Positions 27,096 through 37,430 of a stretch of DNA of 61,597 bases are shown here, in pieces; position 1 is the stretch's first letter, and the number at the start of each line of letters is the position of its first letter. The DNA lies in the IMG/VR virus record IMGVR_UViG_3300022743_000214, positions 1 to 61,597 of that record; one strand, given 5' to 3'. Below the pieces are notes generated by a model. It had not been told where the DNA came from. It did not search any database and saw nothing but the letters and a program-made list of their open reading frames with translations. The DNA comes from a virus (lineage: Duplodnaviria > Caudoviricetes). The position numbers and the translations under genes are program-made.

Positions 27096-30000
27096 CTAGT
27101 AAAGCTTCAGAGATGAATATCCACTTGCAGGTGGATAAGCACCCACGGCACTTTGCATATCAGTTCCCATCTTGGCGACAAAGAGTCTCCTCTCACTCGC
27201 TGTCTGGCAGACACCGATGCACACCCGGTCGTTCGCACTGATCGCATAGGGCACAACGATGCGGTTAAAGAGCGCATCTTCCAAGAAGAAAGCTCCAGCC
27301 ACGCTGTCGTATCCAACCAGCAAACTCACAGACGCACCGGTGGCAGTCCAGATCACACAAGTGGTGACTTGTGCTGGTACGTACCAAAAGCTCGCATGGA
27401 AAATTCCCGGAATGCTCACTCCCCAGGACACCTTGGTGGTGTCTTTGACCAACACCCCACTGCCATATCGGCCATTGCCATAGCTCACGCCTGTGGCTTC
27501 ACCAGCACTTGGACTGCCGTAACCGCTCAGGTCACCATTCAACCTCAAGCCGTAGATTTCTCCCGCTTGCAAAGTGTCCTCGCGGGCCATCTGAAACCGT
27601 GCATCAATGCTTTTGAGAGCACCGTCATAGGTCCATTGCCTCTTGGCAGCAAGGTCGCCCCAGTTGTAGTTGGCACTTCCCCAGGTCTCTCGGTCATCCA
27701 GCGTTGCACCAATGCTGGCCAACAAGGTGTTCTGCGCTCGGTAGCTTGTGGGGAGCATCACATCAAAGAGGTACTCCGACTGGGCAACCCCACTGTCCAT
27801 CCGTAGAACATTCAACCCATTGACCGACTCCACTGAAGCGAAGTGCTTGATGCCCGGAAAATTCGTAGCCTGTGAATCCACCGTCACCAGTAAATTGGCG
27901 TTTTGCGGTTGTGCAACCACCGTGGATACGAAGGTCGCATCATCCGAATAGATGCCTGGTGAAGCAATGGCTTTGATCCAGAAGTTGCGCTCACCATCAA
28001 AGCCTGATGGCAAGGTGTAACTACTGGACTTAACTTCCGCGATGAAGATTGAGGTGTCCCAAGCGGTGCCCTCACGCAGCTCATAGGCCACGACCTCAGG
28101 TTCAGGGTTTGGCAACCACCGAAACTCCAGTCGATTCGCCGACTGCACCACATCAAACTGACGCACCGCACTTGGAGCCAGGAGCACCAGCTGAAACGTG
28201 GTGACGTTGGTGCTGTACTTGCCCGAGGTGTCAAAGGCGCGGATGTAATAGTTGTACTGCCCTGACGCGCTCTGGTCATGCACGAGCTGCGTGCCCGCAG
28301 TTTGCGCAACCAAATCTGCACTGTCCCAACCACTGCCAACCCGAACCTCATAGCCCGACAGATCTGCATCGGTGTTAGCAGTCCAACTCAGAAGCAAGTC
28401 CGTCGTGCGGCGCATCACCACAAAACCCTGCACATCGTCCGGAGGCATCAACTTGCCAAGAATCGTCTGATTCAGCGTTGTTGCATTGCCTTGCTTGCCA
28501 GAGACTCCTACCGCCCTGACTGTGAAAACATAGTCGCCGGTATCGGCATTGCGGATTTCAAGGTAGTTGTTTGAGACCCTTGGAAGGTTGACGGTGTTGC
28601 CGCCATTGACGCGGTAGCTCACCTGGTATTCCAGCGCACCGAACACCTGCTCCCAAGCCACCTGGATCAAGACAAGCGCCTGATCCTTGACTCGGTACAG
28701 ACTCTCATTGACCACCAGCCCCGTGGGAGCCTGAGGTGCAGTAGACAAGACCGTGATGCTTCGACTTTGCAGCGCAAGGCCTTCTTCGATCGCATCGAAC
28801 TTGCTCGGGTTGTGAGCCAGTGCGGTGACCTCATGCACACCGGGCTCACTCTCCGTGACCTGTACCACCCTAAAGAGTTGAGGCTGGACCTGCGTTGAAG
28901 CCAGCACCCAGATAGCTCCACTTTGGGGTGTCTCTGTGAACGGACTCGTGACCCCTAAGGTTCTGCCGTTGTTGGAGCCAACTTGCCGCTCCTGCACAGT
29001 ACCGCTGGGCGTGATGACAGAGATCGTCCAATTGCCTGCAGGCAAGTCCTGGTCGAGCGTCACACTCACGGTGGTGGCAGCGGCAACGCGACCACCCAAG
29101 CGCATACCGCCTCGCCCCGGGTCGGCCACCTTGATCACATCGCCTGGTCGAACCACGACCCCTTCGAGCCCTGTTCGGAAAGTGGCGATTTCAGATTCGG
29201 ACTGCTCCGAATACAGCAACCACTTGCCAACACGGTTAGCTTGACCCCGGGAAGTACAGCCAAAGGCCACCACATCGGCTTGCACGACGCCATAGCGGGC
29301 AATGCCTGCCATGTCTTCGACGTACTCTACCTTCTGACGGTAAAAGTCATCCGGGTCACACCAAGTGACAAGTGCCACGGTGTGACGAGTTTTGGCAGAA
29401 GACCCTTGGTACGAGAAGTCTCCCCCTACCACGTTGGCTGCTGTGAACTGATACACCGGATCCTGCGGTGCATCTTGTGTCACCGTGATCGAGCCACCCG
29501 CCCAGTAAGCCAGCCCCCTAAAAATGGAGGCCATGTCTTGCACGACTTTGTAGGCTTGTTCACGAGTTTGCAAATACAGGTTGCAGGTAAAACGTGGCTC
29601 ATAGCCACCGTGGCCATCCGGCACTAATTCATCACAGTATTTGGCGGCCCGGTACAAAGCCCACTTGTCCACCTGTGAGGCTGCAATGTAGGAACCCAGG
29701 CCATACCGTGAATTGGTCACCAGGTCATAGAAACACCAGGCGGGGTTGTCTGACCATGCAATCTTGAACAAGCCATCCCACACCCCGACATAGCTTCGAG
29801 TCTCAGGGTAGTAGTTCGATGGGATCTGAACTTTAAGAAGTTTGAGGTCATAGCTTCGCTTGGGGATGCTTGAGAACTGAGAAGCATCGACCCTGAGCGC
29901 CATCAAAGCACTGTTGGGGTATCTCAACTTACTCTCAATGACCTCTGTGTAGGACTCCAGAAAAGTCTTGTTTTGTACATTGACCTCGGTGGAGTCTGCC

Positions 30001-30620
30001 GTGATACGACGCAGCCGAATATCCCATGGGCCATTACCAGCCAAAGGGATGTAGTAGCTGCGCTGGTACTTGGTCGTGGTCTTTCCCGAGACAGTGTCAT
30101 TGACCACTTGGACAAATCCCGCACCGTTGGACTGAAGGTCAATGGCAAAGTTCACCGAAGTTCCGGTGAGGTCCCCAGTGGAAGGGTTTTGGTAGGAAAG
30201 AACAGGAATGCTAACCTTGACCCGAACGGCATCCACATCCGAATCGCTGATTGTGCGAACCACCGCCTGCGAGTACTTGGCCTCGACCCCGACCGAGATT
30301 TCGTTCTCAACAGATGAAAACCCCGGCACATAGCTTTGTTGCTGTGTACCGTTACGGGTTTCAAGCGTGACGCCTGTGAAGTTGAAGCTTCCATCGGCAT
30401 TGAGGATGGGCGTTTCATCCAGGTACACCGAGGCCAGGCCATTGGGCAATCCTTCGATTTCACCTTCGCACACGAGATCGACCACCCGTGCATAGGCTTT
30501 GGAACGCAAACTGTCGGGGGATTCTTGCGCCACTCGGGAGCTTGAACCTCCGCTTTTGCCGCCACCACCTGCGCCGCTGATCAACTTTGAATCAACTGTG
30601 GAATTTGAATCTGCACTCAT
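27096..30620 (-). CDS. Tip attachment/host-specificity protein (lambda gpJ-like)
   Basis: DSLRS, EGEIEG, WSDNPAWCFYD, EPRFTCN, GCTSRGQANR.GKW, PGDVIKVAD; FN3-like repeats in the C-terminal half. Confidence 0.92.
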   Translation of the reverse strand: MSADSNSTVDSKLISGAGGGGKSGGSSSRVAQESPDSLRSKAYARVVDLVCEGEIEGLPNGLASVYLDETPILNADGSFNFTGVTLETRNGTQQQSYVPGFSSVENEISVGVEAKYSQAVVRTISDSDVDAVRVKVSIPVLSYQNPSTGDLTGTSVNFAIDLQSNGAGFVQVVNDTVSGKTTTKYQRSYYIPLAGNGPWDIRLRRITADSTEVNVQNKTFLESYTEVIESKLRYPNSALMALRVDASQFSSIPKRSYDLKLLKVQIPSNYYPETRSYVGVWDGLFKIAWSDNPAWCFYDLVTNSRYGLGSYIAASQVDKWALYRAAKYCDELVPDGHGGYEPRFTCNLYLQTREQAYKVVQDMASIFRGLAYWAGGSITVTQDAPQDPVYQFTAANVVGGDFSYQGSSAKTRHTVALVTWCDPDDFYRQKVEYVEDMAGIARYGVVQADVVAFGCTSRGQANRVGKWLLYSEQSESEIATFRTGLEGVVVRPGDVIKVADPGRGGMRLGGRVAAATTVSVTLDQDLPAGNWTISVITPSGTVQERQVGSNNGRTLGVTSPFTETPQSGAIWVLASTQVQPQLFRVVQVTESEPGVHEVTALAHNPSKFDAIEEGLALQSRSITVLSTAPQAPTGLVVNESLYRVKDQALVLIQVAWEQVFGALEYQVSYRVNGGNTVNLPRVSNNYLEIRNADTGDYVFTVRAVGVSGKQGNATTLNQTILGKLMPPDDVQGFVVMRRTTDLLLSWTANTDADLSGYEVRVGSGWDSADLVAQTAGTQLVHDQSASGQYNYYIRAFDTSGKYSTNVTTFQLVLLAPSAVRQFDVVQSANRLEFRWLPNPEPEVVAYELREGTAWDTSIFIAEVKSSSYTLPSGFDGERNFWIKAIASPGIYSDDATFVSTVVAQPQNANLLVTVDSQATNFPGIKHFASVESVNGLNVLRMDSGVAQSEYLFDVMLPTSYRAQNTLLASIGATLDDRETWGSANYNWGDLAAKRQWTYDGALKSIDARFQMAREDTLQAGEIYGLRLNGDLSGYGSPSAGEATGVSYGNGRYGSGVLVKDTTKVSWGVSIPGIFHASFWYVPAQVTTCVIWTATGASVSLLVGYDSVAGAFFLEDALFNRIVVPYAISANDRVCIGVCQTASERRLFVAKMGTDMQSAVGAYPPASGYSSLKLY

Positions 30621-31210
30621 ATCGCAATCTCATCCACATCAATGCCTGCACTGATCACGGCTGACCCCACAATCAATCGACCGTAGCCCACGGGTACAGG
30701 CCGTCCTTGCGCAGTAGTGTTCACCGCACCGTTGAAGGTGTAGCTCGGCTGGTTCTGAGGTTTTTCTGATGGGTCTGAGCTACTCGGTGCGGGTGAGATC
30801 ATCTGTGCCACGCCACCCAGGATCATGGATGTGCCCACCGAATAGAGCGTGGCTTGTGACAAGAATGCTCCCGCTGCTGCCCACCCCATCGGGTTCCACC
30901 ACGACACAGCAATCAGCGCCGCACCGAGCAGCACTTGCCCCAGTCCATTTCCACCAGCACCTGTGATGACAGGAGAAATGACGATTTTCTGCGCGCCTGT
31001 TGGTTCATGCAGTTGCTCCAAAGCCAAAGAATCTCGGCCACTCAAGACCCGATAGCCCACCCCACGCTCACCAGATGCAATCAACTCGCGCTCGAAAGCT
31101 GGGAAGTTGGCTGACAACGCACGAATAGCCTCTGCCACCGAATGCACCTCCATCTGGTGACGGCGACCAAACACACGCCCTAACTCACCAAGAAGAATGA
31201 TCGTGGTCAT
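30617..31210 (-). CDS. Tail assembly protein I-like
   Basis: LLGELGRVFG, EAIRAL, YTFNGAVNTTAQGRPVPVGYG; start reassigned to ATG 31210. Confidence 0.88.
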   Translation of the reverse strand: MTTIILLGELGRVFGRRHQMEVHSVAEAIRALSANFPAFERELIASGERGVGYRVLSGRDSLALEQLHEPTGAQKIVISPVITGAGGNGLGQVLLGAALIAVSWWNPMGWAAAGAFLSQATLYSVGTSMILGGVAQMISPAPSSSDPSEKPQNQPSYTFNGAVNTTAQGRPVPVGYGRLIVGSAVISAGIDVDEIAI

Positions 31211-31917
31211 GTGAGCAGAATCCTGTGCCTCAAAGTGTGTGTTGTGATTTTTTGCCAATAGCCGCCATAAACATCTCGGCTTGAGAGTCGTCCCTGCAAG
31301 TGATGCAAGATGAGCCCATCACCCAAATACACGGCGGCATGGTTTGGGACGGGTGAGACGACTTGCATCAAGAAGCAATCCCCCACCTGCAGTGGTTGAA
31401 CATCAAGCCGCACGAAACCCGATGATTCAAAGTTATCCACATACAAGTTCTCGCCACGCTTCCACCATTCATCGAATCGGTTGAAGTCAGGCAGGTCAAT
31501 GCCCCGCTCCTGCGCGAACCAGTCCCGCACCAGCGAATAGCAGTCGAGTACCCCGTGGGACCACTCACGCCCAACCAGAGGGGCGACATAACCTTGAGGT
31601 TTCAATTCAGCCCACTGCCCGTTGGGGTACGAGACGATGTACCAGTGCAAGCCAGATGCTTCACACGCCACGCGATCAGCCTGACTCGGAGTTGGTGGCA
31701 AGGCCGGATGGGAATGCACCACCGCCACGATCTCGCCCATGGCATCTGCTCGCGCATAGTCCTTGGGATCGATCACAAACTGGTCGGTACCGACACCCAA
31801 ATTGGCGCATGGCACATAGAGCTCCTTGCCCTTGCACACCACGAGTAAGCCGCAGCTCTCTCTTGGATAAGCCGCCTTTGCATGCTCAAACGCTGCTGAT
31901 TGATTGACTTCATTCAT
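31207..31917 (-). CDS. Tail assembly protein K-like (JAB/MPN plus NlpC/P60)
   Basis: PRESCG, VHSHP..SQAD, DCYSLVRDW, NHAAVY; start at ATG 31917 overlapping the gpL stop. Confidence 0.9.
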   Translation of the reverse strand: MNEVNQSAAFEHAKAAYPRESCGLLVVCKGKELYVPCANLGVGTDQFVIDPKDYARADAMGEIVAVVHSHPALPPTPSQADRVACEASGLHWYIVSYPNGQWAELKPQGYVAPLVGREWSHGVLDCYSLVRDWFAQERGIDLPDFNRFDEWWKRGENLYVDNFESSGFVRLDVQPLQVGDCFLMQVVSPVPNHAAVYLGDGLILHHLQGRLSSRDVYGGYWQKITTHTLRHRILLT

Positions 31918-32618
31918 CGGATCAACCCCGCAGCCGGAAACCCACCAAAGGGCAGCTCCGCATTTGTGCCAAAACGCTTTTGACATGAGCTCAGTCGCTT
32001 GCCGCAAGCATCTGCAACGCTTGATGTGACCGATTCATCATTGGCATTGAAATAGGCACTCCCTGTGTAGCCACACTCTGCACCCCGGTAACCCCATGGG
32101 CAGACGTTTTGCACGACTTGTCTTCGGGGTAAGGACACGCCTTCCAAGTCAAACGACGCAGCGAGTTCAAACTCGACCACATCGCGAGTCTCTTTGGACT
32201 TGCGATCAACAAAGAACACATCATCCGCAAACTGAGCGGTTGGATCTGCTGTTGGATTGGTACCAGATGCAAAATTCACCGCATCCAGATACTTGGCCAG
32301 CGTGCGCTTGCGCGTGACCTTGGCACCAATCAAGTCCTGATACGAGAGGATGAGCGCGGTGATCGTGCCCTTGACGTTAGCTACTCTGAGTTTGGGTCTC
32401 GGGCTTTGCCCGTTTCCTATGAACTCAAAGCCTTCAACGATGATGGGGTACGGCTCATACACATTGCCTTGCCAGACAACTTGTCGGAGCAATTCGTTGG
32501 TGCCAGCATGAAATCGCACAACCCCTTCATTGAATAGACTCATATCGAGCTCGAACAACTCAATGACCGAACTGGGTGCGAGTTTTTGAATTTCAGAGGT
32601 GATCGATATGACAGTCAT
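31914..32618 (-). CDS. Minor tail protein L-like
   Basis: IELFELD, RKRTLAKYLDA, C-terminal Cys cluster CPWGYRGAECGY...CGKRLSSC. Confidence 0.92.
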   Translation of the reverse strand: MTVISITSEIQKLAPSSVIELFELDMSLFNEGVVRFHAGTNELLRQVVWQGNVYEPYPIIVEGFEFIGNGQSPRPKLRVANVKGTITALILSYQDLIGAKVTRKRTLAKYLDAVNFASGTNPTADPTAQFADDVFFVDRKSKETRDVVEFELAASFDLEGVSLPRRQVVQNVCPWGYRGAECGYTGSAYFNANDESVTSSVADACGKRLSSCQKRFGTNAELPFGGFPAAGLIR

Positions 32619-32646
32619 GTCTTGTATTCCTCATACTCACGCTTCA

Positions 32647-32985
32647 TCAACTCAAATCAAACACCTGTCGGAACGTGGCCTTGATGTGCTCGATGTTTGG
32701 TTCTTCAATCGTGCGACTCCACTCTTCGCACACAAACTTAGCTGCCAGCCCGCTGGGTGACGTCCAGTCGAAACATTCCACTGCCCCTCGGGCATTTAAG
32801 AAGGCGTCAATGGCAGCAGCGTCTGTGGTGGTCTTGCCGTGAAACTCAACACTCCAGACCTCAGGCTTGGTGTTGAGTCCAAACGCCATGCGTTGCTCAT
32901 AGCCATCCCCAAAGGACACCTTGTGCACGCTGGGTTTGACTGAGAGCGCTGCACCCACGGATGGAATCCATGTGAAGCTCGCCAT
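32647..32985 (-). CDS. Minor tail protein M-like
   Basis: FTWIP, FGDGYEQR..GLN, FDWTSP, ATFRQVF. Confidence 0.9.
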   Translation of the reverse strand: MASFTWIPSVGAALSVKPSVHKVSFGDGYEQRMAFGLNTKPEVWSVEFHGKTTTDAAAIDAFLNARGAVECFDWTSPSGLAAKFVCEEWSRTIEEPNIEHIKATFRQVFDLS

Positions 32986-33014
32986 TTGCTATTCCTTAAA
33001 GGTTTGATCTGCCA

Positions 33015-35456
33015 TCAATTCAACTTGCGAGGATCAAGCAGTCCACCTGCACGTTTTTGGTTGAGCAACTCTTGTCGCACGGCACTTGAGATCGCTTTAC
33101 CAAGGTCCTTGCCCTGACTGCCCGTCACACTCGTTCCTGCTTCGGACACACTCACAGAGATATTGAACACATCGCCGGAAAATCCACCGCTTTTCATGGT
33201 CACGGGAATGGACCTGCCGTCAGGCAGTGGTACATAGGCCTCGGGGTTGCTACCCTCACCGAACACCGCGAGCTGCGGCGAGCTGGCCACACCCCCACTG
33301 GCATAGGCTCTGAGTTGCAAAGGGCCGCCTGAGGTCATGATTCCGCCATTGGCAAATCCAAAGAAACTTCCCATCGCGTTGGCCATGGGCATCGTGATTG
33401 ATTTCTGAATTTGAATCTTGATCAGATCAGAAATGATTGAGGTGGCCAGTGACCGAAAATCAAGCTTTCCTGTCATCACAAAGTTGGTGAGCGCATCGGT
33501 CATGCCGTTAAACGCTTTGGTGGTCACCGCTTCGATTTGCTTGCCCACCTGCTCGGTCTCTTCTCCGAGCGTTCTAAGCGCCTTAGAAAATCCAGCCCCA
33601 GGATCTGAGAGTTCTAGGGCACGCTGACCCAACAACTTCGCCCCATCGGCTGCCTGGCGTGCTGCTTCCTCAATGCGACGAAACGATTCAGCTAGTTTGT
33701 CGTTACCGGGAGCCGCCTCGACCATTTCTCTAGCCTTGGCTGCAAGTTCAGCCAATTCAGCCGCGCTTGACTTACGCGCTTCGGAGAGGCGCTTCAAGGA
33801 TTCAATCTCGCTGATCGCACCCGAGTCCTTGAGCGTTTTGATTTGCTCTTCGGCTGCTCTCAGCTGCCCTTGCGCACGGGCCACTTGCTCGGTGATGTCC
33901 TTCAAGGTTTCACCAGGCAACTTGATCTCGCGCTCAAGGTTGGATTGCTGCGCATCACGCTCGAGCTTTTGGCGCTTTAAGGTGACCTCGTTGAGCTTGT
34001 CTTGCAGCTTGATCTTGTCCTGCGCAGTTCTGGCAACGGTAGCTAATCCCTTTTGCAGGATGGATTCCTCTTGGCCGTAAAGAGATCCAAGCTTATCTGT
34101 GAAGTCCTGCTGCGCACTCAATCGTGCATCGCTGGCTTGTTTGAAACTGAGGTACCCCTGTCTCTCATAGAGATCAATGATCTTTTGACGATCTTTGAGC
34201 AGTCCCGACTCCACATCGGTCATGGCCTGCAACTGCTTGATCTCGCTCTCAATCTTGAACATCGCCGTGGCAGTCGTGGCGTTGCCAGCTGAGCTGTAGT
34301 TCAGTTTGGACTTACCGCTGTGCGCAGCTTCCTCTTCACCCTTGTTGATCTCTTCAAAGCGCTGTTTGACGGCATCTGCCAACAGCGGCATCTTCCACAA
34401 ATCCACATAGTTCTTGTTGGCCTTCTCCACTATGGCGTTGCGCTTATCCAGCGCTGCCTTGAGGGTGGCTTGGTTCTCTTCGGAGAAAGGATTGAGCCCT
34501 TTGCCACCCGCCATGAAGGTGCCCATCAGCTCCATATCGGCCCAGACCGCTTCGAAGCTTCCCACCACGGCCTTGACCATGAGCATGATGCCTCTGAGTG
34601 AGTCGATCACGATGGCCAAACCATAGGCCACATCCTGCGCCCAGGACTTCAATGTCCCTTCTTCACGCAGCTTGAGCATCCCTTGGGCGACACTTTCTGT
34701 TCCAAACACCACGAGCTTGAATTGCCCAACCAGTTCTTCCAGGGCTGGAATGGCTGAGGTGACCAAGGTCTGGGCTACAAAGCTGTGCTCTGCCCGCATA
34801 CGCCCCAACGCCTTACTGGCTTGTTCGGCAGATTCAATCTGCTCTGCAGTCAGTCGGATGTTCAGGTCCTGGTTATTGGCCAGATCTTTCAAGAACGGCA
34901 GCATGGATGCGCCAGATTTGCCAAACAACTCGAGCGCAATCGCAGTTTTGCCCGCACCATCTTGAAAATCGCCAAGCTTTAGGGCAATGTCATTCATCAC
35001 CTCTGCAGGGTCCCGCAGATTGCCCCCTGCATCCTTGGCTTTGACACCCAAAAACGCAAGCGCTTGCGTTGCACCCTTGGTTTCATCGTCGACACCGGCT
35101 AGACCTTTGGAGAGTTTGACCAACCCCACGCCAATTTGATCCATGGCAGTGCCAGAGATAGTGGCCACAGGCGCAAACCCCGACAGTGCTTCAGCACTCG
35201 CACCCGTTTGTTCCGACAAATGCTGCAAAGCAGCCGCTGTCTCCAGCGTATGCATCACGAGCTCTTTGAGTGCCTCAACCGATTCAACCCCAACAGCGAG
35301 CGCAAAGGCTGTTTTGGCAACTTCAGCCACCTTCTCGAGGTTGGACTTCATGCTCTCGGTTTGTTGCTCCAGAAAACGGGCCGTCTTGCCCATATCTTCC
35401 TGAAACTCAGCCGTCTCCGCAGCGAGTTTGACCACCAGTGAACCGATATCAGCCAT
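33015..35456 (-). CDS. Tail tape measure protein
   Basis: IGSLVVKL N-terminus, long helical Ala/Glu/Lys-rich body, lambda-type C-terminus (TGKLDF, FANGG, GEGSNPE, RAGGLL). Confidence 0.9.
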   Translation of the reverse strand: MADIGSLVVKLAAETAEFQEDMGKTARFLEQQTESMKSNLEKVAEVAKTAFALAVGVESVEALKELVMHTLETAAALQHLSEQTGASAEALSGFAPVATISGTAMDQIGVGLVKLSKGLAGVDDETKGATQALAFLGVKAKDAGGNLRDPAEVMNDIALKLGDFQDGAGKTAIALELFGKSGASMLPFLKDLANNQDLNIRLTAEQIESAEQASKALGRMRAEHSFVAQTLVTSAIPALEELVGQFKLVVFGTESVAQGMLKLREEGTLKSWAQDVAYGLAIVIDSLRGIMLMVKAVVGSFEAVWADMELMGTFMAGGKGLNPFSEENQATLKAALDKRNAIVEKANKNYVDLWKMPLLADAVKQRFEEINKGEEEAAHSGKSKLNYSSAGNATTATAMFKIESEIKQLQAMTDVESGLLKDRQKIIDLYERQGYLSFKQASDARLSAQQDFTDKLGSLYGQEESILQKGLATVARTAQDKIKLQDKLNEVTLKRQKLERDAQQSNLEREIKLPGETLKDITEQVARAQGQLRAAEEQIKTLKDSGAISEIESLKRLSEARKSSAAELAELAAKAREMVEAAPGNDKLAESFRRIEEAARQAADGAKLLGQRALELSDPGAGFSKALRTLGEETEQVGKQIEAVTTKAFNGMTDALTNFVMTGKLDFRSLATSIISDLIKIQIQKSITMPMANAMGSFFGFANGGIMTSGGPLQLRAYASGGVASSPQLAVFGEGSNPEAYVPLPDGRSIPVTMKSGGFSGDVFNISVSVSEAGTSVTGSQGKDLGKAISSAVRQELLNQKRAGGLLDPRKLN

Positions 35457-35757
35457 TTGTTTTTCTCACTCGGTGCGCAAACATGGCCTTGAATCGAGCC
35501 ACATTCACTTTGGGGTTCACTTTGGGTGTTTCCTTTTCAAGGAACGGCATGAAGTCCTCCACCCGGAAGGGACTGGCATCTTGGGCACGGTGTGCGTTGG
35601 CAAACGTGGAGGCGATCACGCCGCTTCGGTAGTCGGCCCTGAAGTCACCAAATGGCTCAAGCTGATAAAACGCCATCCACTCAGTGAGCTCATCCGAGCC
35701 CACCCTTTGGAGCATTTCGCGCACCGTCAGGCCAAGGGACAAGGCCAGACGGAACAC
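35449..35757 (-). CDS. Tail assembly chaperone T-like segment (probably expressed as a G-T fusion by -1 frameshift)
   Basis: LALSLGLTVRE, ELTEWMAFY.LEPFG; in the -1 frame relative to the slippery site at 35787-35793 with no intervening stop. Confidence 0.8.
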   Translation of the reverse strand: MFRLALSLGLTVREMLQRVGSDELTEWMAFYQLEPFGDFRADYRSGVIASTFANAHRAQDASPFRVEDFMPFLEKETPKVNPKVNVARFKAMFAHRVRKTNG

Positions 35758-35780
35758 AAAGCGCCGCGTGGGATGGGCGA

Positions 35781-36131
35781 TCAGGCGTTTTTTGCTGCAT
35801 CCACCTGATCGGTGCCAATGCCGTTGAGTCGCTGCGCCACAGCAAACACTCGGTCAAGGGCTTTGGCACTCTTGTGCCCCAGCGCAGTGATGTCGTCATC
35901 GGTGAAGAGACGCACGCCGCCCTCATCGCACAGGGTGAGCGAGACCAGACGGGCACGCACGTTCTCAAGTCGACTGTCTTTGCCGCTATCTTTTCCAATG
36001 AGACTGGCTTCAAACGCATCTCGATCGGTTCCGGTCATGGTGCGCACCTGCACGTCGCCTCCCCACTCGGGGACTTGAACGGTTTCACGCGGCAGGTCAT
36101 CGCACATCAAAATTTGGTCACGGGTCAACAT
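35781..36131 (-). CDS. Tail assembly chaperone G-like
   Basis: VQVPEWGG.V.VR motif; ends AAKNA over an A-AAA-AAC slippery heptamer. Confidence 0.85.
   Translation of the reverse strand: MLTRDQILMCDDLPRETVQVPEWGGDVQVRTMTGTDRDAFEASLIGKDSGKDSRLENVRARLVSLTLCDEGGVRLFTDDDITALGHKSAKALDRVFAVAQRLNGIGTDQVDAAKNA
35787..35793 (-). other. Programmed -1 frameshift slippery site A AAA AAC
   Basis: X XXY YYZ heptamer one sense codon before the G stop; the -1 frame reads KRLIAHPTRRFVFRLAL into the downstream ORF. Confidence 0.8.
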
Positions 36132-36146
36132 GGTTGATTTCCTTCT

Positions 36147-36557
36147 TTAAGCTTCGGTGATATCGCCATCGATCTCAATCGTGACGGAGGCTTGCACAAC
36201 AGCGTCGACGCCGCCTTGCACGCTGAAATGGGTCACATAGCCATAAAAGGTCCATGTGGCCGGATTGGTGTCTGTGAACGTCAGCTTGAACTGACGGCGC
36301 ACACGGTTGGCACGATCGGCACGCAAGCCCTGATGTACCGTGTCATCGGGGTTGTAGTGCATGGTCATCGTGAGTTGGCCTTCATCGCGCAAGCCAACGC
36401 GTTTTTCCTTGGAAGTTGAGCCAAGGTTGGTGACATCGATCACAGCAGTTTGACCACCAGGCCCCTGAAACGAGACCACATTGGGGACCGTTTCAAACGC
36501 TGTGGTGTTGAATCGTGCAATCGTGATGCCCTGTGCGGTAATTGCTGTGCTGCTCAT
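36147..36557 (-). CDS. Tail tube (major tail) protein
   Basis: IDVTNL.S..KE...GLRDEG, F.GYV; position before the chaperones. Confidence 0.85.
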   Translation of the reverse strand: MSSTAITAQGITIARFNTTAFETVPNVVSFQGPGGQTAVIDVTNLGSTSKEKRVGLRDEGQLTMTMHYNPDDTVHQGLRADRANRVRRQFKLTFTDTNPATWTFYGYVTHFSVQGGVDAVVQASVTIEIDGDITEA

Positions 36558-36586
36558 GCAAAAGCTCCATCTGTTTGTGGGATTGC

Positions 36587-36922
36587 CTATCGGTGATAGG
36601 TGTAGTCCACGCTCACCCGGTACAGCCGGGCCTGTTCTTCAAACGAAGTAAGCCCCATACGTACGTCGACGATGGAGCTCTTGTTAGTCAGTAACGCATC
36701 GAGCACCAACTCTTGAGTGAGATAGGCCTCTTGATAGGTTCTGGCGTAGGTATCGACTTGCATGCGAATGCGTTGCAAGCCATTCGGCCCATCAATGCCA
36801 AAGATGTGCTCTTGCACGATGGGCGTGTAAACAATGGCTGGGTACTGAGCGTCTTGCGGTGCAACAAGCGCATAGACCTCACCACCCACCAGTTCTTTGA
36901 TGGCGTCGTAAAAATCCTGCAT
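36587..36922 (-). CDS. Tail terminator/completion protein (DUF3168-like)
   Basis: VYALVAPQ..YPAIVY, RMQVDTYA; synteny. Confidence 0.75.
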   Translation of the reverse strand: MQDFYDAIKELVGGEVYALVAPQDAQYPAIVYTPIVQEHIFGIDGPNGLQRIRMQVDTYARTYQEAYLTQELVLDALLTNKSSIVDVRMGLTSFEEQARLYRVSVDYTYHR

Positions 36923-36941
36923 GGCTTATTTCCTAGATTGC

Positions 36942-37430
36942 TTACTTTCTATTCAGCGCTTTGGCTTCAGTCTCGATCTGCAGCCTCAGACGATCCTTGA
37001 TCGCATCCACCGCTTCACGACGCTTGGCTTCAAGTGCAGGTCTGAGAAATGGCCGTGCTTGCATCTTGCGAGTCCCGAACTCAAGGAACCGCCAATACCA
37101 AGCGTCTTGTGACAAGTTGCCACGCTTGCCCTGGTGTCTGTATTTCTTGCCATGGCGCACCGTCACAAAGAACGTCTGGCGCGTCAGACTTGAGAGCTCA
37201 GGGATTTGTTTCATGATGATGGAACGCTTGAGCGTGCCGGGTGGCGGCTGATCGGACCCGAGGTACTGGGCCGCTATTGGGGCCCTGACTCTTGCCTCTT
37301 CACGAATCACCTTGGCTCCTGCGTAGACAGACACACGCAGCCCATTTCTTTGCACACGGACGGGAAGCTCTCGCAACGCGTTGGCCAACTCGGCCAGTCC
37401 ATCGATGTGGACCTTCTCGTACTTAGCCAT
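36942..37430 (-). CDS. HK97 gp10-like neck protein
   Basis: GTLKRSI, YWRFLEFGTRKMQARPFLRPA. Confidence 0.88.
   Translation of the reverse strand: MAKYEKVHIDGLAELANALRELPVRVQRNGLRVSVYAGAKVIREEARVRAPIAAQYLGSDQPPPGTLKRSIIMKQIPELSSLTRQTFFVTVRHGKKYRHQGKRGNLSQDAWYWRFLEFGTRKMQARPFLRPALEAKRREAVDAIKDRLRLQIETEAKALNRK

Noticed and set aside
31207-31917. JAB domain as CBASS Cap3
   Set aside because: Fused to NlpC/P60 in L-K-I-J synteny, so it is the tail protein K.
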